From NCBI RefSeq assembly GCF_001194135.2, contig NC_068983.1, forward strand, positions 19,773,011 through 19,814,047: DNA of 41,037 bases, written 5' to 3'. Both the position numbers and the translations under genes were made by a program. The stretch is from Octopus bimaculoides (taxonomy: Eukaryota). This document shows positions 1 through 13,929 of this stretch, piece after piece (position 1 is the first letter of the stretch; each line of letters starts with the position of its first letter). The notes under the pieces were generated by a model. That model worked only from the letters and a program-made list of their open reading frames with translations. It was not told the origin of the DNA and ran no database searches.

Positions 1-41
<41 letters not shown>
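1..41. repeat. (TA)n microsatellite
   Basis: Pure AT dinucleotide run at window start. Confidence 0.95.
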
Positions 42-45
<4 letters not shown>

Positions 46-1164
46 CATAGATACATACATATATGTATGTAAATGTTTATATAATCACATTTAAATAACA
101 ACAGGATAAGTAGAATATAGTAAAATTACGTTACCGAGAAGAGTTGCTTTAGTGCACACCAAGTTGAATGCATTTTAAATATTCCTCGGGGTGTAACATT
201 TGCTTTAAAACAGATTGGCAAAAAGATATTAGTTGGGTTATCGAATTTTTACAAAATTGGCTCTTATGCTCAGAGAGGTTGTATCACGATTTGAGTGCAT
301 ATTGTAAAGGAAAATGATCTACAGCTGATTTCACCGGGAGAAATGAATGCAACCTGTATATTTCAAGCTGCTATCTTCTGCGTATTCTCATCGAGAAGCA
401 ATTGCTAATTTGCGACAAAATTTAATGTCATTTCAAAAGTAATATGTACAGGTTAATCTAATTGTCTAAAGAGAGCGATGGGAGTAAGTTTGTGTGTGTT
501 TGAAACATTGTAATGCGATACAAAGATACGCAGATAATATTGTAAGCCGGTAACATGATATGTTACGAAATGACTCCAAAATAAAGATGTGATGGAAGCG
601 AGATAAATGAAGAGTATTTTTCGGTGGGATGTAGTGATCATGATTAGATCATAATAACATTGAACTCAAAACATGTAAACATGTTGTTCATATGTATGTT
701 AGAAGGAAGAGTGCGGGAGCAGAATCCTAGAAAATTCTTAAGTATTCATCTTGGGAAAGGACAGAACAATCAGTACTTATGCTCCGAAAATACAGGACAA
801 GAAGAAAAAATAGATATGTAATCGCACAAAGTTCATTACTAATATTATGTGTAATATTGTTCGACGTGATTTTCTCCATAATATATATCTGTATGAGCTC
901 TTTCACTTGCGTTCATTTATTATTTTTTTTCTCTTAAAAACGAAAAATATTTGAAATTCTTAAAAGTATTAACTTAATTTTTTTTTTCTGCTCTGAAAGC
1001 CAAGCAACAGTTTTCGTAGCTATTATATTGTATTTTGAGAACGTTTTCACCGTACCCTAAGAAAGCTTTCGTAGTACCCTTAGAAAACGGAAATAATGGC
1101 TACATACCACTAGAGACAATTAAATGCATATCTCTCAAATACCAGTTATACGTGCTGTAATGTT

Positions 1165-1722
1165 CTGTTTGAAGAACTCAGCTTTAGGGAAGGTTTTCGG
1201 TGCTTCATTTTGGTCCAACCAATGCCAAGAACGTTTTTTTAATTATTTTTTTTATTATTGTACAGAATCCAATTTTTATTGCAACTTACGATGCAGTCAA
1301 GAAATCAGTCGGTCTGGTTCCGGAGAAAAACCGACGAGCACATTTCATATCTGCGCATTTTCTAATGTCGAGATTTTTTGATTTTCGGATCACAAAGGGT
1401 TCCAGGCAGTTTTCTGGCTAAACCGAAGTTCTTTTGCCATTTCTCGAGTGGTTTTACATGGATCTTTCTCAATTATGGTCATTAATTAGCCGTCATCGAT
1501 AACAGATGGGCGTCCACTACGCTCGCGAACTTCAAGGCTGAGGTCTCCACTGCGAAATCGTTTGACGCATTTTCGAGCGAACCATACACTGGTCATTTCA
1601 TCACGAAACGTTTCGTTGATATCGCGAGCAGTTTCAGCAGTTTTACGTGCTTTTTTGAAATTGAATAGCAAAATTGCTCGTATATCGTGCTTTAGATGTT
1701 CCTTTTTTGATGATTCTAACAA
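1165..1722 (-). mobile_element. Mariner (Tc1/mariner, Hsmar1/cecropia-like) transposase fragment, pseudogenised, N-terminal ~190 codons
   Basis: ORF 1486..1722 (IRAILLFNFKKARKTAETARDINETF...FRSGDLSLEVRERSGRPSVIDD) matches the mariner N-terminal HTH. Past a stop it continues IIEKDPCKTTREMAKEL, then FLDCIVSCNKNWILYNN and WLDQNEAPKTFPK, matching Hsmar1 FLDRIVTCDEKWILYDN...WLDQEEAPKHFPK. Several stops and frameshifts; no TIRs found. Confidence 0.9.
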
Positions 1723-3203
1723 CAGTGAAAAACTATCAGTGTTAATTTATTGATGCATTTGTGCAATTCATGTCTGTTTTATCAGACAACATGTTTATGT
1801 ATATGTGTTTATGAGTGTGTCGTCATGTATATACAATGAGTTTGAATGCCGGATCGGTATGGATGTCAACGATTTCGGCCAGTCACTTTATTTCACGTTG
1901 CTCCATTTCTCTTTGCTAAAAATTAATTTGATATCCTATTCTGGGAATAACCTCTTCTCAATGAGTCAAATATAAAAGAGGGGACAATGCATCTGTCTAG
2001 CGGCTCTTGCATGGACACCTAATGATTATCAACCAAGAAATAAAGGTCTTATTTGCTTGAAAATATGAATTGTTTTTGAAATATACTTACATTCATGCAC
2101 GCACACACATACACACACACAAAGACGAACAAACAAACAGATTTGAAATACTTTTCCTCCATCCATTTAATTTCGTATGGCATTGCAAATCTATTTGATT
2201 TGGCCCTTTGTATATGTATACAAATATGCATTTTATGTATTTCACGTATTTAATACACTTCACTTTACGTAATTCGCTCTCTAATTCGCTTATCCCTGCA
2301 TTTAACTCCAAATATATAACTGAGTACGAATAACTTATATGAAAGGGATTAATATCGGTACGTATGTATGCTCACAATTCTTAGTATCTGTTCTATATCT
2401 TCGTTCTTAATTACATACTTACACAAGATTGATTATTTACTTCAGCTTAAAAATATGTTTTCTAAATATATATGTGTGGTTTTACAAGTAATATTGATTG
2501 TCTTGTTTCGCTTTTTATCGTATGCAGTCTATAAAATTAATGTTTTCATATAAACAAAATCTTAAGAAATATAATTGAAAAGATTGATACTATTCTCGTG
2601 TTTGTAGAAATTAATGTCCCGGCGACAAAATGTAATAAAGAATGGTATTATTATCAATTCAAGTATCTTTTGAACAAGTAACATAATCTTTACTATGTAT
2701 GTTTCTTTGTTTCATATCATCAGTATTATAGCAGTCTTTGAAGAATTTAGCCAATAGCTCAGTTTAGCGTTAGCTCCTCTCACAATCTCTATATTACGAC
2801 TGTTTATTATGTGGCAGCCGAAAGCTAGTAATTGCGAATGAATATGCAATTTAAACACTATATCCTGCGCTCGGTTTTTCATTCGGCGGCATCTGGCACA
2901 GAGAGCGTAGTAAATATTTTATAACCTAGAGCCAATATTTGTTTTGTGCGTGGAACTAGCAAGATGGCAATCGTATACATATTCATGAAATGACTCTTAC
3001 CTGTAACCTAGCAGTGCAGATTTGTCGCTCAGTGTTTAACACTAATTGCACTAGGGAGTCCCGTTGTGACACTACGTTTCTATGGAACGTTCAATTCTTT
3101 ACGTCTTGTTTAAATGAAGAGGATATATAGCTGATCGAACAACTAAAAATTGATTGATGAAACCGAAGCAGATCCAGCAAGTCATAGACATACATATGCG
3201 AAA

Positions 3204-3305
<102 letters not shown>

Positions 3306-4244
3306 CGTGCGTATGTATGCGTGTTAAGACACGGAGCCTAGCGGGCAGTGTGTTGTTTCCATTCCCGAACCAGTAGTGCGTTATGTTATTCAATAATACA
3401 CCCTATTTTAGGTTGTTGCAATCCACTCAGTTGATGAACTGGCCACCCATACAAGGGAAGTAATGACCCGCTGCCAAGCCAGTGGTGTTACATCGTTTTA
3501 AAGCTACAATAATTCGGTGAAACGCATTGTTACTTGCGATTTATATGGACCTGTGTTCTGTCAATGACCATATATCGTATCAATTAGAGACATTTAACAT
3601 TCAACAACATCATTAGTATACATCAAATTATAACAATATAAGTTGTAACTAATGGAAACTCAATAGAATATCCATCTGTTTCGTGAGCTTCGATTTAATA
3701 TGTCTGTTAGACTGACTAGTGATTTATATCGGTGTGAAACTCAATAAAATGTTTCCTGAGCTTAGATTTATTACGACTGTTAGATTGGCTGTGTCTCTGA
3801 GAGAACGTATTAACTGTTCAGAATTTAAACTGGTTTTTTCAAGCCCAATTGCTGCACCTATCTCTTTTTTATTTTTTTTTTTTCAGTCTGGTTTTCTGTG
3901 ACCACCCCATAATTTTATTCTAACAGGTTGAAGATTTTCGAATGATTTGAAATCTCAAAATTACGTTAGTGCATAATTGATTGAAAACAATGTGAATAAA
4001 TTAACATTACATTGGACAGATTAATGTGAGTTTCAATAAGTAAATGTGTTCCTCTCTTGAATGATTATTGCTAAACATGGCCAGTCACACGGTTCATTAA
4101 ACCGGAACTAATCCGAGTTGTCATAGCTCATATTCTACTGAAAGTAGAATAAGTTGTTCTGATCGTAGGGTCAACTGCCTATTGTTATCTGTAATCATCT
4201 TCAGAACATTGAAGAGGAGCGATGTGACAAAAGGAGCTTCTTGC

Positions 4245-4308
4245 TCTGGAAAATGAAACCACAGCCTTTAATTGTCAGTCCAACGGCCTAACCACTGGCC
4301 ATTGCACC
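4245..4308 (-). mobile_element. Degenerate tRNA-derived SINE head
   Basis: Minus strand GGTGCAATGGCCAGTGGTTAGGCCGTTGGACTG...GGTTTCATTTTCCAGA has an A-box-like TGGCCAGTGG and a decayed B-box. It resembles an octopus SINE 5' end recalled from memory. Confidence 0.5.
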
Positions 4309-4320
4309 TACCTTGTACAT

Positions 4321-4537
4321 GTACTTTTGTACTCTAGGCACAAGGCCCGAAATTTTTGTTGAGGGGTAAGTTGATTAGCTCGTTCTTAGTACGCAACTAG
4401 TACTTAATTTATCGACCACGAAAAGATGAAAGGCAAAGTCGACCTCGGCGGATTCTGAACTCAGAACCGTAAAGACAGACGAAATACCGCTAAACATTTC
4501 GCCCGTTGTGCTAACGTTTCTGCCAGATCACCGCCTT
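4321..4537 (-). mobile_element. Full-length tRNA-derived SINE (octopus-type) with target-site duplication
   Basis: Minus strand AAGGCGGTGATCTGGCAGAAACGTTAGCAC...TTCTGAGTTCAGAATCCGCCGAGGTCGACTTTGCCTTTCATC...AATTTCGGGCCTTGTGCCTAGAGTACAAAAG. Flanked by a 14-bp direct repeat with 1 mismatch: CCTACCTTGTACAT (4307-4320) and CCTATCTTGTACAT (4538-4551). Related fragments at ~40.2 kb and ~40.6 kb. Confidence 0.85.
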
Positions 4538-5566
4538 CCTATCTTGTACATATAACAAGATGTTCAACAACACATTGACATTAATAGCATTACCCGAAAA
4601 GCAAAAAATTATATTTCACTTCCTCGTGTAAAATGTCATCTAAATACTTCATATAAACCAGAACTATTCTTAGATTTCTTTGTTTACTTTCTTGTTGCAC
4701 ATAAATGTTCGAAATGTTGCAAGTAAGCCATGTGAAAATAATTCGAACTAAGCTATGTAAATGTTTTATGTTCGATGTTTATGGCTACCCATAAAAGTAC
4801 GAATATACGAATCTATTATTATTCGTATGAGTTTAACAAGGAGATCACAAAAATGCATATTGCAATTCGCTGTTTTACATTGAGAATCCATATTATAATT
4901 ATTTCTAAGAGCATTTAATTTGCATCATCCTTCTATAATAATATTTCATCGTTTTGCGAGGCAATAAAAGAATTGTTGATTTAATTTGCAGAATATTTTT
5001 TAAAATAGCTATGTTAGCCTATTGTTTTCATAACCCAAGTTCTCCAACTGATCGCAAGTCACATAATCTTATAAAGAAAACATTGTAAGCGACTTCTAGC
5101 TTTCCGTTTAAAAATTATAACAAAGGTTAACAAAAAAAAATCTATAAGAAAATATAGATCTACACTACAAGTCTTGAAATGAATAAATATATCCAGAATA
5201 ATGTTTATTGAATAAATTATAAACGAAAAAAAATATCAGCATCGTTACCCATATATGGAATATTGTAACGTAATGCTGAAGGAGGGGCAGTTAATCGTTA
5301 AATCAAACAACCAGAAATAGCGTCGAAATATACTTGATATATAATTTGCAGTTCTTCGTTAAATGATCAGCACAGGAGGAGAAATATTTAGTCCTATATA
5401 TCTAAATAGGTTGGAACACCATGAGACGGCTGGAGGAATCATATGTAATTGTTACATCAGAGCAGAGATGAGGTGAAGACAACAGCAAAAACACATAACA
5501 AAAACAAGAAAATGATGAACCATGACCAAAATTAAAGAAGATTTGTATATATATATATATATATAT

Positions 5567-5939
5567 NNNNNNNNNNNNNNNNNNNNNNNNNNNNNNNNNN
5601 NNNNNNNNNNNNNNNNNNNNNNNNNNNNNNNNNNNNNNNNNNNNNNNNNNNNNNNNNNNNNNNNNNNNNNNNNNNNNNNNNNNNNNNNNNNNNNNNNNNN
5701 NNNNNNNNNNNNNNNNNNNNNNNNNNNNNNNNNNNNNNNNNNNNNNNNNNNNNNNNNNNNNNNNNNNNNNNNNNNNNNNNNNNNNNNNNNNNNNNNNNNN
5801 NNNNNNNNNNNNNNNNNNNNNNNNNNNNNNNNNNNNNNNNNNNNNNNNNNNNNNNNNNNNNNNNNNNNNNNNNNNNNNNNNNNNNNNNNNNNNNNNNNNN
5901 NNNNNNNNNNNNNNNNNNNNNNNNNNNNNNNNNNNNNNN
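5567..5939. other. Assembly gap (N run) flanked by (TA)n
   Basis: N run with TA repeats on both sides. Other gaps: 8862-8871, 14742-14791, 19120-19738, 20517-20769, 27193-27281, 29721-29792, 30921-31520, 31931-32139, 34954-35247, 35841-35850, 37623-38183, 38637-38711. Confidence 0.98.
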
Positions 5940-5976
<37 letters not shown>

Positions 5977-8645
5977 AGGGAAAAGAACCAAGGTCCATGA
6001 ACTCATCGATGAAAATCCATTGTCACATATAGAAAAATTAATAAGTAATGAAATTAAAGAAAAAGAAGTGAAATATATGACATTTCAGGCAAAACCATAA
6101 AATGAAATTTTATTCGCTGCGTTTCTTACGTCTATTTTGTTCTTTGCTGATCGTGAGCAACATCATTTCTATGAGAATATTCTGTCTAAGATAGTTTGCC
6201 TTTATTTGGTCGTATATTTCCATACGTTGTTTTATATTTCGTTATTATTTAATGCCACACAATGTCAATTTGAAATTATGCTATGAAAGATTATAAGATA
6301 TAAATATGCCAAATATTAATGCTTAAAGTGGGAGTAAAAGAAAATATTTCTCTTACATTCGGAATAGGTATATTAATATTATATATGATTGTTCAACCTC
6401 ACTTTGTTCTTAGTGAAAAGGCTTTACAGCATTACTTTGATCCTAAACATACTTAGATCAAAGTAGCGAAAAATTGGCTATAATTACAGAAGACAATATC
6501 TGATGTAAGACCAAGATAGCAACAAGGAAAAATAGTGAAAATTAGAACACTTTTAACACTATGTTAGTTTGGGAATTAGAACCATTGTTGACCAGCATAT
6601 ACTTAATAAAACACTAGAGTAGAAGTACAAAAGATAATACTTACCAATTAATATGAAATAAATTCATACATCTGCATATAGTAAAAATCCATACTGATTT
6701 TCAACCACATGAAAGCAATATATCCATTGAGCGATTACAAACAATTGACTTGTTTATTTCACCATTGATAGCTTATTTTATGGCTGTTTTACAGAATAAC
6801 GCACATAATATAAAACAGCTTGGCGTTCCAGTGAAGGCGCCAGTTCTTTCCTGTTAAACAGACTGAAGTTTACTAAAGTTAAATACGTTGAAAGACTCCC
6901 CCACCTGAAGTAATTAACAGTCTTCAATCACGCAAACAAGACATTATGATATGATACGCTGATAATGTTAGCCAAGTATTGCAAATCCGCTCTCTAGACT
7001 ATGATTTTAACAATCTGCAGTATTTTGTCCATTACACAAGGGAAGTGTTTAATATAATCTATCAATTTATAAAAAGAATCTCATTCCAAACACTCATGAG
7101 TTTCAGAATATATTCCTCGTAATTGCAGTTATGGAAATTGTTTGCATAAAACAGAAAATACATATTTCGTGATTCTTTCTGCATTCTAATGCAAATTCAG
7201 TTTATTTCCCTTCCTTTCGCTTAATAATACAATACAGTCTGAATTGGTTGGGTTATCCATATGTCAGATAATTCATCGTCTCCAATGTTCTTTTCAAATA
7301 AAGAAAATGGCACTTCAATAAATATTTACGCAAATCATGAAAGATATTCAGTCTTTTTTAATTTACCACGCTGAAGAGAACGCATATGGTTAGTACAGAA
7401 ATTGTGTAACAAGGAATTTAGTAGTTTTACAATTTGTATTTCTTACATACTAAGCATTTTAAATTTAAGAATAAATAATTGGCTAATGTTGCATAATTAT
7501 TCTGCCAGTCAGCAAATTAGCATTTCTTCTCAAAATTTAGAATCCTACAGATAGCGTATTTGTTATTCACATTAGCACTAAATCGACATCAGTTTACATT
7601 CCCTAATGGAACGTCGTGGATCCATAGCTAAGACCCAATCTCTTGCTGTTTAAATGTCGGCACATTCTATAGAGTTATAATATAGACACTGCAGCATAAA
7701 CTTCGTAAACAAAGTGTAATTAAGATTGACACAGTTATTTAGAGTTTCATTTCGCAGCTACGTATTTCCGGGCTTGATCACAGCGCACATCAGATTGGAT
7801 CCGGTTTTGCACTCTTGGCTTCGAGTCTTGTGATAGAAATTCGGTGGGCAGAATGTCTGTAATAACTCTACAGACACCACGTCTGGTCTTAGGTTTTCTT
7901 TATTCAGATCACGACTCAGTTAAAGTCAAGCATCTGATCCTTCACTGTTTTTAGCATCTAAAACTAAGTTGCAATAATTCAAGATATATGTCCGGTCCGG
8001 AGATAAGTTTCTCCCATCTGCTCGACAGTCTGAAGGTCTTGAAAATGACAATGGGCCGCTCCTTTCTCTATCCGACGAAATCATTGTGAAAAAAATAATG
8101 AATGTTATCTTAAAGTGGACATAATCAATGGAAATCACCACTTGAAGTTTTGCATTGTCACGAATGGAAGACTAGCTTTAATGTCACGAATCGTTAAAAA
8201 GGACACGCCAAGAAAAACACAAAAGGTTTTATTTTCATGTCTGATCGATGACTGGTGAGATTTGTAATTGCTAAAAGGATCCCAGTCAAGATAGTAATAT
8301 AATTACATCTTCTTGTTGCAGTATTTTTGAAAATATACAGGGAATCTATTATTTTTGTTTAGTAATATTCTACGAGTGGTAGTTATACCAAAGTTACAGA
8401 GCGCCTTGGTGGCGGAAAGCAAATAGTGGTAAGTAATTTGTTAAGTATTGTTCATTGATAGCACTCTATGGTTACACTCTTATCAGCCATGGTAAGAATC
8501 GAGATGTCGGTAGCAGTAAATGTTTGTTCAATATCTAATTGTTGAAGAAAAAGTCATTTCTGTTAAAGACACGCACTGGTATATTCAAGGAATACAAATT
8601 GATACAATGCTAACAATAGCAAGTTATGGTGAAAAGTATGATGTA

Positions 8646-8698
8646 ATGATGGCAACGATGATGACGACGACGACGGCGACGATGATGATGATGATGAT
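8646..8698. repeat. Imperfect (GAT/GAC)n trinucleotide repeat
   Basis: ATGATGGCAACGATGATGACGACGACGACGGCGACGATGATGATG... Confidence 0.85.
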
Positions 8699-9541
8699 AT
8701 GATTTCTACACTCCAACATATTATGGTCCAAACAGCCTGTCATATATGGAGTGTTTCTATCTAATAATAAAGAAAATAAACATTATATATATATATCGTA
8801 TACATGTTATATATATATATACATACATATATATATATATAAATGTGTGTTTCTCTGTGTGNNNNNNNNNNTATATATATGATATACATACATGTATGTG
8901 AATGTGTGTCTGCGTGTATGGGTGTGTGCGTATATGTATGTGTGTTTCTATATATATATTATATGTGCATATATAATATATATATATATAAATGTGTGTT
9001 TCTCTGTGTGGTGGAGGTGTAAAATCCCAAAATTTTAGTAATGTGTAACACAACTCATGCATTCATTCACGTATAGGGATAGATAGAATAAACTTGACTT
9101 TCTGTGTCGCCTTATCTGGAGCTAGCGCTATATTGCATATAAAAGATGTAGAACGTTGCATCGAAAACTAGCTGGGGAGAATCTTCCAGGGGTTAAACTA
9201 GTAGTAACATTCACCTGACATTTTGATGTGGAAACTCGCTCTACTGATTAGTATACGATACTTCCCTATCTTATTTTGCGATGTTATATATGTGTGTGTG
9301 CGTGTGTATCTGCGTGTGTGCGTGTGCGTGCGTGCGTGTGCATGTGCGCGCGCGCGTGCATGTGTGTGTTTAGAATGATATAAAATCCGGTCGTCATACA
9401 CTGGTATACCTTAGTTATGTACCAGGTTACGTTTCAGTCGTTATATTCATGGAAATATACTGTATGAAATGTGAAATAAAGGGAAATAAATGTTGGGCGT
9501 GTACCATTCTTCCTACTCTCTATCTTCATAACGATTGCTTT

Positions 9542-9574
<33 letters not shown>

Positions 9575-11978
9575 ACGCGCGTGTGTACATGTGTGCGTAT
9601 GTGTTTGTGTGTGTATATATAGTTAAAACCTTCGACTATGATTTGAGTAAGTTTTCTTATTTCATTGATTTACAACTGTTTCATCGAAAATCTGTCTTAT
9701 GAGCATTGCCATATTACATAATAGTATATGGAAGTGTTAATGCACAGAGTGCTACAGACACAAAATTTGAGATCGATTCTTCAGAAACATGCATAAGTAT
9801 TTGTGGTAGATACAACAGCCAATGATTATTTATACATATTTCGATTTGGGCGTCCTTAAATAGTTAATTTTGATTATCACAATCCCAGTAAAAGGAAATA
9901 AAATAAATCCTCGGTCAATAATACTGGATAATCAAAAAGAGAGAAAATAAAAGAATGCGACACAATTTCCTTTAATGTTATGTACGGTTTTATATTAGGT
10001 AGTTGACAGAAATGTAGGTTGTGAGTTGACATTGTTTGGTAGAGACATGCATTATCACTTACCAATGCTGCCTTATATTCAAGAGGATGTTCTTTAGTAT
10101 CGTTTTTTCCAGGACACATGTACGACACGGTCATTTCTATGAAAAGTATTATCATCATTAATTCTTGTTTGATATCCAAAACAAAGGTAGATATGCGTTA
10201 TATACCTTAATGCTTGGTTGCGGTTTAATGAGAGAGAGTTGGGTTCAGCTTCATGTCTCCTAAAGTGTCACCGTCTCTGAACCCCGAAACATCTTTTTTA
10301 TTCTCGGCGGATAAAAGTGAGACGGGTTTGTTTGAAAAAGTCGTTTTATTTCCAGGGGTAGGGCGTTCTACGATACTTTAATAATATCCCAAGGAATTTA
10401 TTTGGCTGGCCGTGTGTATCTATTGGAAACTTTACTAGAGAAATTGATGCTGTGTAGGATACACCATTGTTTGAATCTACTAATCATAATATAACCCTGT
10501 AACACATGCAAATGTCAACGAATGTGCATTCATCACATCCAAAACCACCACCACCATGATATGTTGTATTAGTCGTAAACCGCTTTGTGGATTGTTTTTT
10601 TTTTCTTTTCTATTTGGTCACTTATATAACAGGCAAATAATTTCAATTTTTACAAAATGGATGACTCGCCTATTTGAAGATAACTATGAGATTGTTGTCA
10701 TAGATTTTATTTCTTTCACATTTTAAATTTTGCTACTCAGCGAATATTTGGACACATTTAAAATTCATATCATCACAAAGCTGAAGCTGACCAACTTCCA
10801 GTTTCTTCAACACTCAATTATTTAACAATTCTTCGGCATCTTAAATGCACTTTCAGCAACTGGCATTTCAAGCCGTTTTCTATAATAATGAGTGAAGAAA
10901 TTTGGAGCATGTGGGAGAGAGCGCGAAAGCTAATCATATTTGTTTTATGCTTCAGCTTAACTTCCATTTTCTAGAGAGCTATTATTTCATTAATAATGAA
11001 TTTTCTACGAAAGCACTTCTTTTGGTAAGGTAAACCCATTCACATTCATTTTACTTTCATGAGGCAGATAGGAAGTTAGCTAAGAATACATTTTAGTTTC
11101 TTATCATCAAGAATTCTTCTAGATTTCTGCAAATATTTTACACTACAAAACTATTACTTCACTCTCCATAGAAACATTGAATCAAAAAGAGAAAGACTGA
11201 AAAGATTCAATCAAACGACGAGTGAACGAAGACAGAAAATAGGAACAGGTTTATGATGGAAACCAAGCAATAAGATGGATCAGGCATGTGAAAAAAACAA
11301 ATGCGATAACAACAAAGCTAGTGGTACTTTGGAGGAACTGGAAGAGTAAACAGCGAAATAATTATGAGTGCTAACACCGCGAGAGAGAGAGAGAGAGACA
11401 GACAAACAGACAGATGGAGGATGAAAAATATGAGCTTGAGAGGAGAATGAGAGGACTGAGAAGGAGTGAAGCGAGTTAAATGAAATAACATAAGCCAAAT
11501 AACGCGTGTAGTATACCAATAAGGCCTCGGGAAAGGAATCGATGATGTTGAGAAAACATTGACTAAGTATAGTTACTAACTTTGTGAAACATTCTTTCAA
11601 GACAATATAGGAAGCGATTTCTTCCTACTATCATACTATCATATATGTACCAAGAATTTTCTTCTCACTTACCTCAATACGTTTTATAGCTGGTTGCGAC
11701 AGCATTTCTTAAACTGGTGTAACGATTTTATGCGGATATATAAATTTATATATTAAGCGACAATTGTAAAACTTGGAATTTCAATGGGTCCACATGCTTA
11801 ATGGAATAATGTAGGACCAGCCTGATGAAAATATATTTAGCAATGGAAAAAACACAGCGCAATGGCGAATCAGTTCTAAAAGAATTGAGTAAGGAAATTG
11901 TGTACGTGTGTACGTGCGTACGTGTGTGTGCGTGTGTATGTGCAAGTGTACATATACGTAGATATAAATCTGTGTGTG

Positions 11979-11981
<3 letters not shown>

Positions 11982-12059
<78 letters not shown>
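11982..12059. repeat. (TA)n microsatellite inside a larger TA/CA/TG low-complexity tract (~11900-12230)
   Basis: Pure TA run; it accounts for the five overlapping YIYI/HTHT ORFs in the track. Confidence 0.95.
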
Positions 12060-12074
<15 letters not shown>

Positions 12075-13584
12075 CATATATATATACACACACATATATA
12101 TATGTACATATACATACATATATATATGTACAAATATATAAAAGTATGTATATATACACTTACACACACACACACACACACACATACATACACACACACA
12201 CACACACCCACACATACACACATATATGTATGGAAGAGAGAGAATGCCCTCGGTGGAAAAGACAAGAGAAAGTAAGATACAAAAATATACAGTGAGCGAG
12301 TTAGAAATATTGCGAGATAGAGATATTTTATATTTTGAATAGAATAGATCAAAAGATTATCGCTAAACGTATAGATAATATACCAAAGGCTACTAACTAT
12401 TACAGCCAGCGGGAAATTTGGTCTCTTTGATATGGTTAGACATAAAGTCTACTTATTAAACGAACTTTTATTGTGTTGAGAAACAATCTGGTACCTTCAC
12501 AGGGTGGTGAAATAATAGAAAGGCCTGTTATTTCATCGATACTAGGAAGCTCAATATACAATATATCTAAATAGCCGTCCTATACAATACAGCTAAATAG
12601 CTATTTCGTTAATGGCCATGGCTCATATATAGTCAATAGTTTAAATGTATTTTGGAAAGAACGTAGTAGATTGGACGTAATTTGAAAGAGTAAAATGACA
12701 TAGCAGTAAAGAAAGAATAGAAGCAGAGTGAGTGAAAGACAGAAAAAGAAAATGCTATTAATAAAGATAACGAAACAACAAAAGTTAAAAGACAGATATA
12801 GTCACATTATATATATATAATAAAGAGCATGAATTAGCGCTGCTTATTGGGAAATGAGAGTGCGGCGGATATATATTATTCTTTGACTACGTAAAAAAAA
12901 AAACGGAGTAAGAATTAAACAGAATATTTTTTTTTAATGCCAAAATGTTAATAATTATATAGCTTTTCTTTTTTGTACGCAAAATACACCTAATGCCCCT
13001 TTCTTCACAGTGTGAGTAAGAGCAGTAGTAAAAACGAAAGATTTTATTCGTAGAAGAAAAGATGTACAGACAGTCAGATAATTTTTGTCCTTCATTCCTT
13101 GAATCTGCTTTATTCTAGATCAGTGTCATGGATATTGAATCTCTTCACTGAAAGAAATTCAATAGATCTTATACAGCTTTCTGAATCGTCAGTTCAATTT
13201 TTTACACTATTACCAAATGGCATGATATGTAATTTCATATTTACGATGTACGATATAATGTACATAACGAATGATGTACGTAAAAAAAAAAATAAAGTTA
13301 CAACCTGCTTATTATTGAGGTAAAAAGAAGAACCAATTAGAAACTATATATGTCTCCCAAAAGGATGGAGGAATTATTTGAAGAAATTAAATTTAGAAAT
13401 ATTTAATGTCAAAATCATAGAACAAAGCCTGATGGTTGTTAGCAAGCGATGTGAGGTATGTAACTACTTTGGCTTTTCGGTATCCTTATAGTAAAGTATA
13501 TAATTTTGGCTGGAGTCGTCGTGAGCTTCGAACAAGGGAATTTTCCATAGGGAATGAACTGCAAACTGTTCCAGCCAATACTAA

Positions 13585-13589
<5 letters not shown>

Positions 13590-13683
<94 letters not shown>
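13590..13683. repeat. Compound (TA)n(CA)n(TA)n microsatellite
   Basis: Seen directly. Confidence 0.95.
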
Positions 13684-13929
13684 CAATCGAAATGTACATT
13701 ATTATATCACCATTATAGCCGATTTTACCAATCGGTTTCGCACTAGGGGCAGCTAATTTTACTTGTACTTCCTTGTGAAACACATATTCCTAATCGGTAA
13801 ATCAACTAGTATGGTTTACCAATGCACTTGCCTGAATCTACAGTTGATCTATCGAATTAAAGTCATAGAAGCATCTTTAACTTCATCAGCTAAGTAAAGA
13901 ATTAGGTCTCAAGTCAAAGCCGCAAATCT

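Noticed and set aside
2865-2970. Promoter-like patch (locally CpG-richer, CCAAT, YY1-like CAAGATGGC)
   Set aside because: Short motifs expected by chance; no downstream gene could be identified.
6643-6850. Minus-strand segment bounded by ...aacag| and |gtaagt
   Set aside because: Stops in all three frames and no other support.
7755-8141. Higher-complexity stretch with short ORFs (including 7926..8141)
   Set aside because: No recognisable domain in any frame I translated, and no consistent splice boundaries.
10957-11025. Plus-strand 69-nt open pseudo-exon (ttcag|LNFHFLESYYFINNEFSTKALLL|gtaagg)
   Set aside because: No recognisable peptide or partner exon; such pseudo-exons are common in AT-rich DNA.
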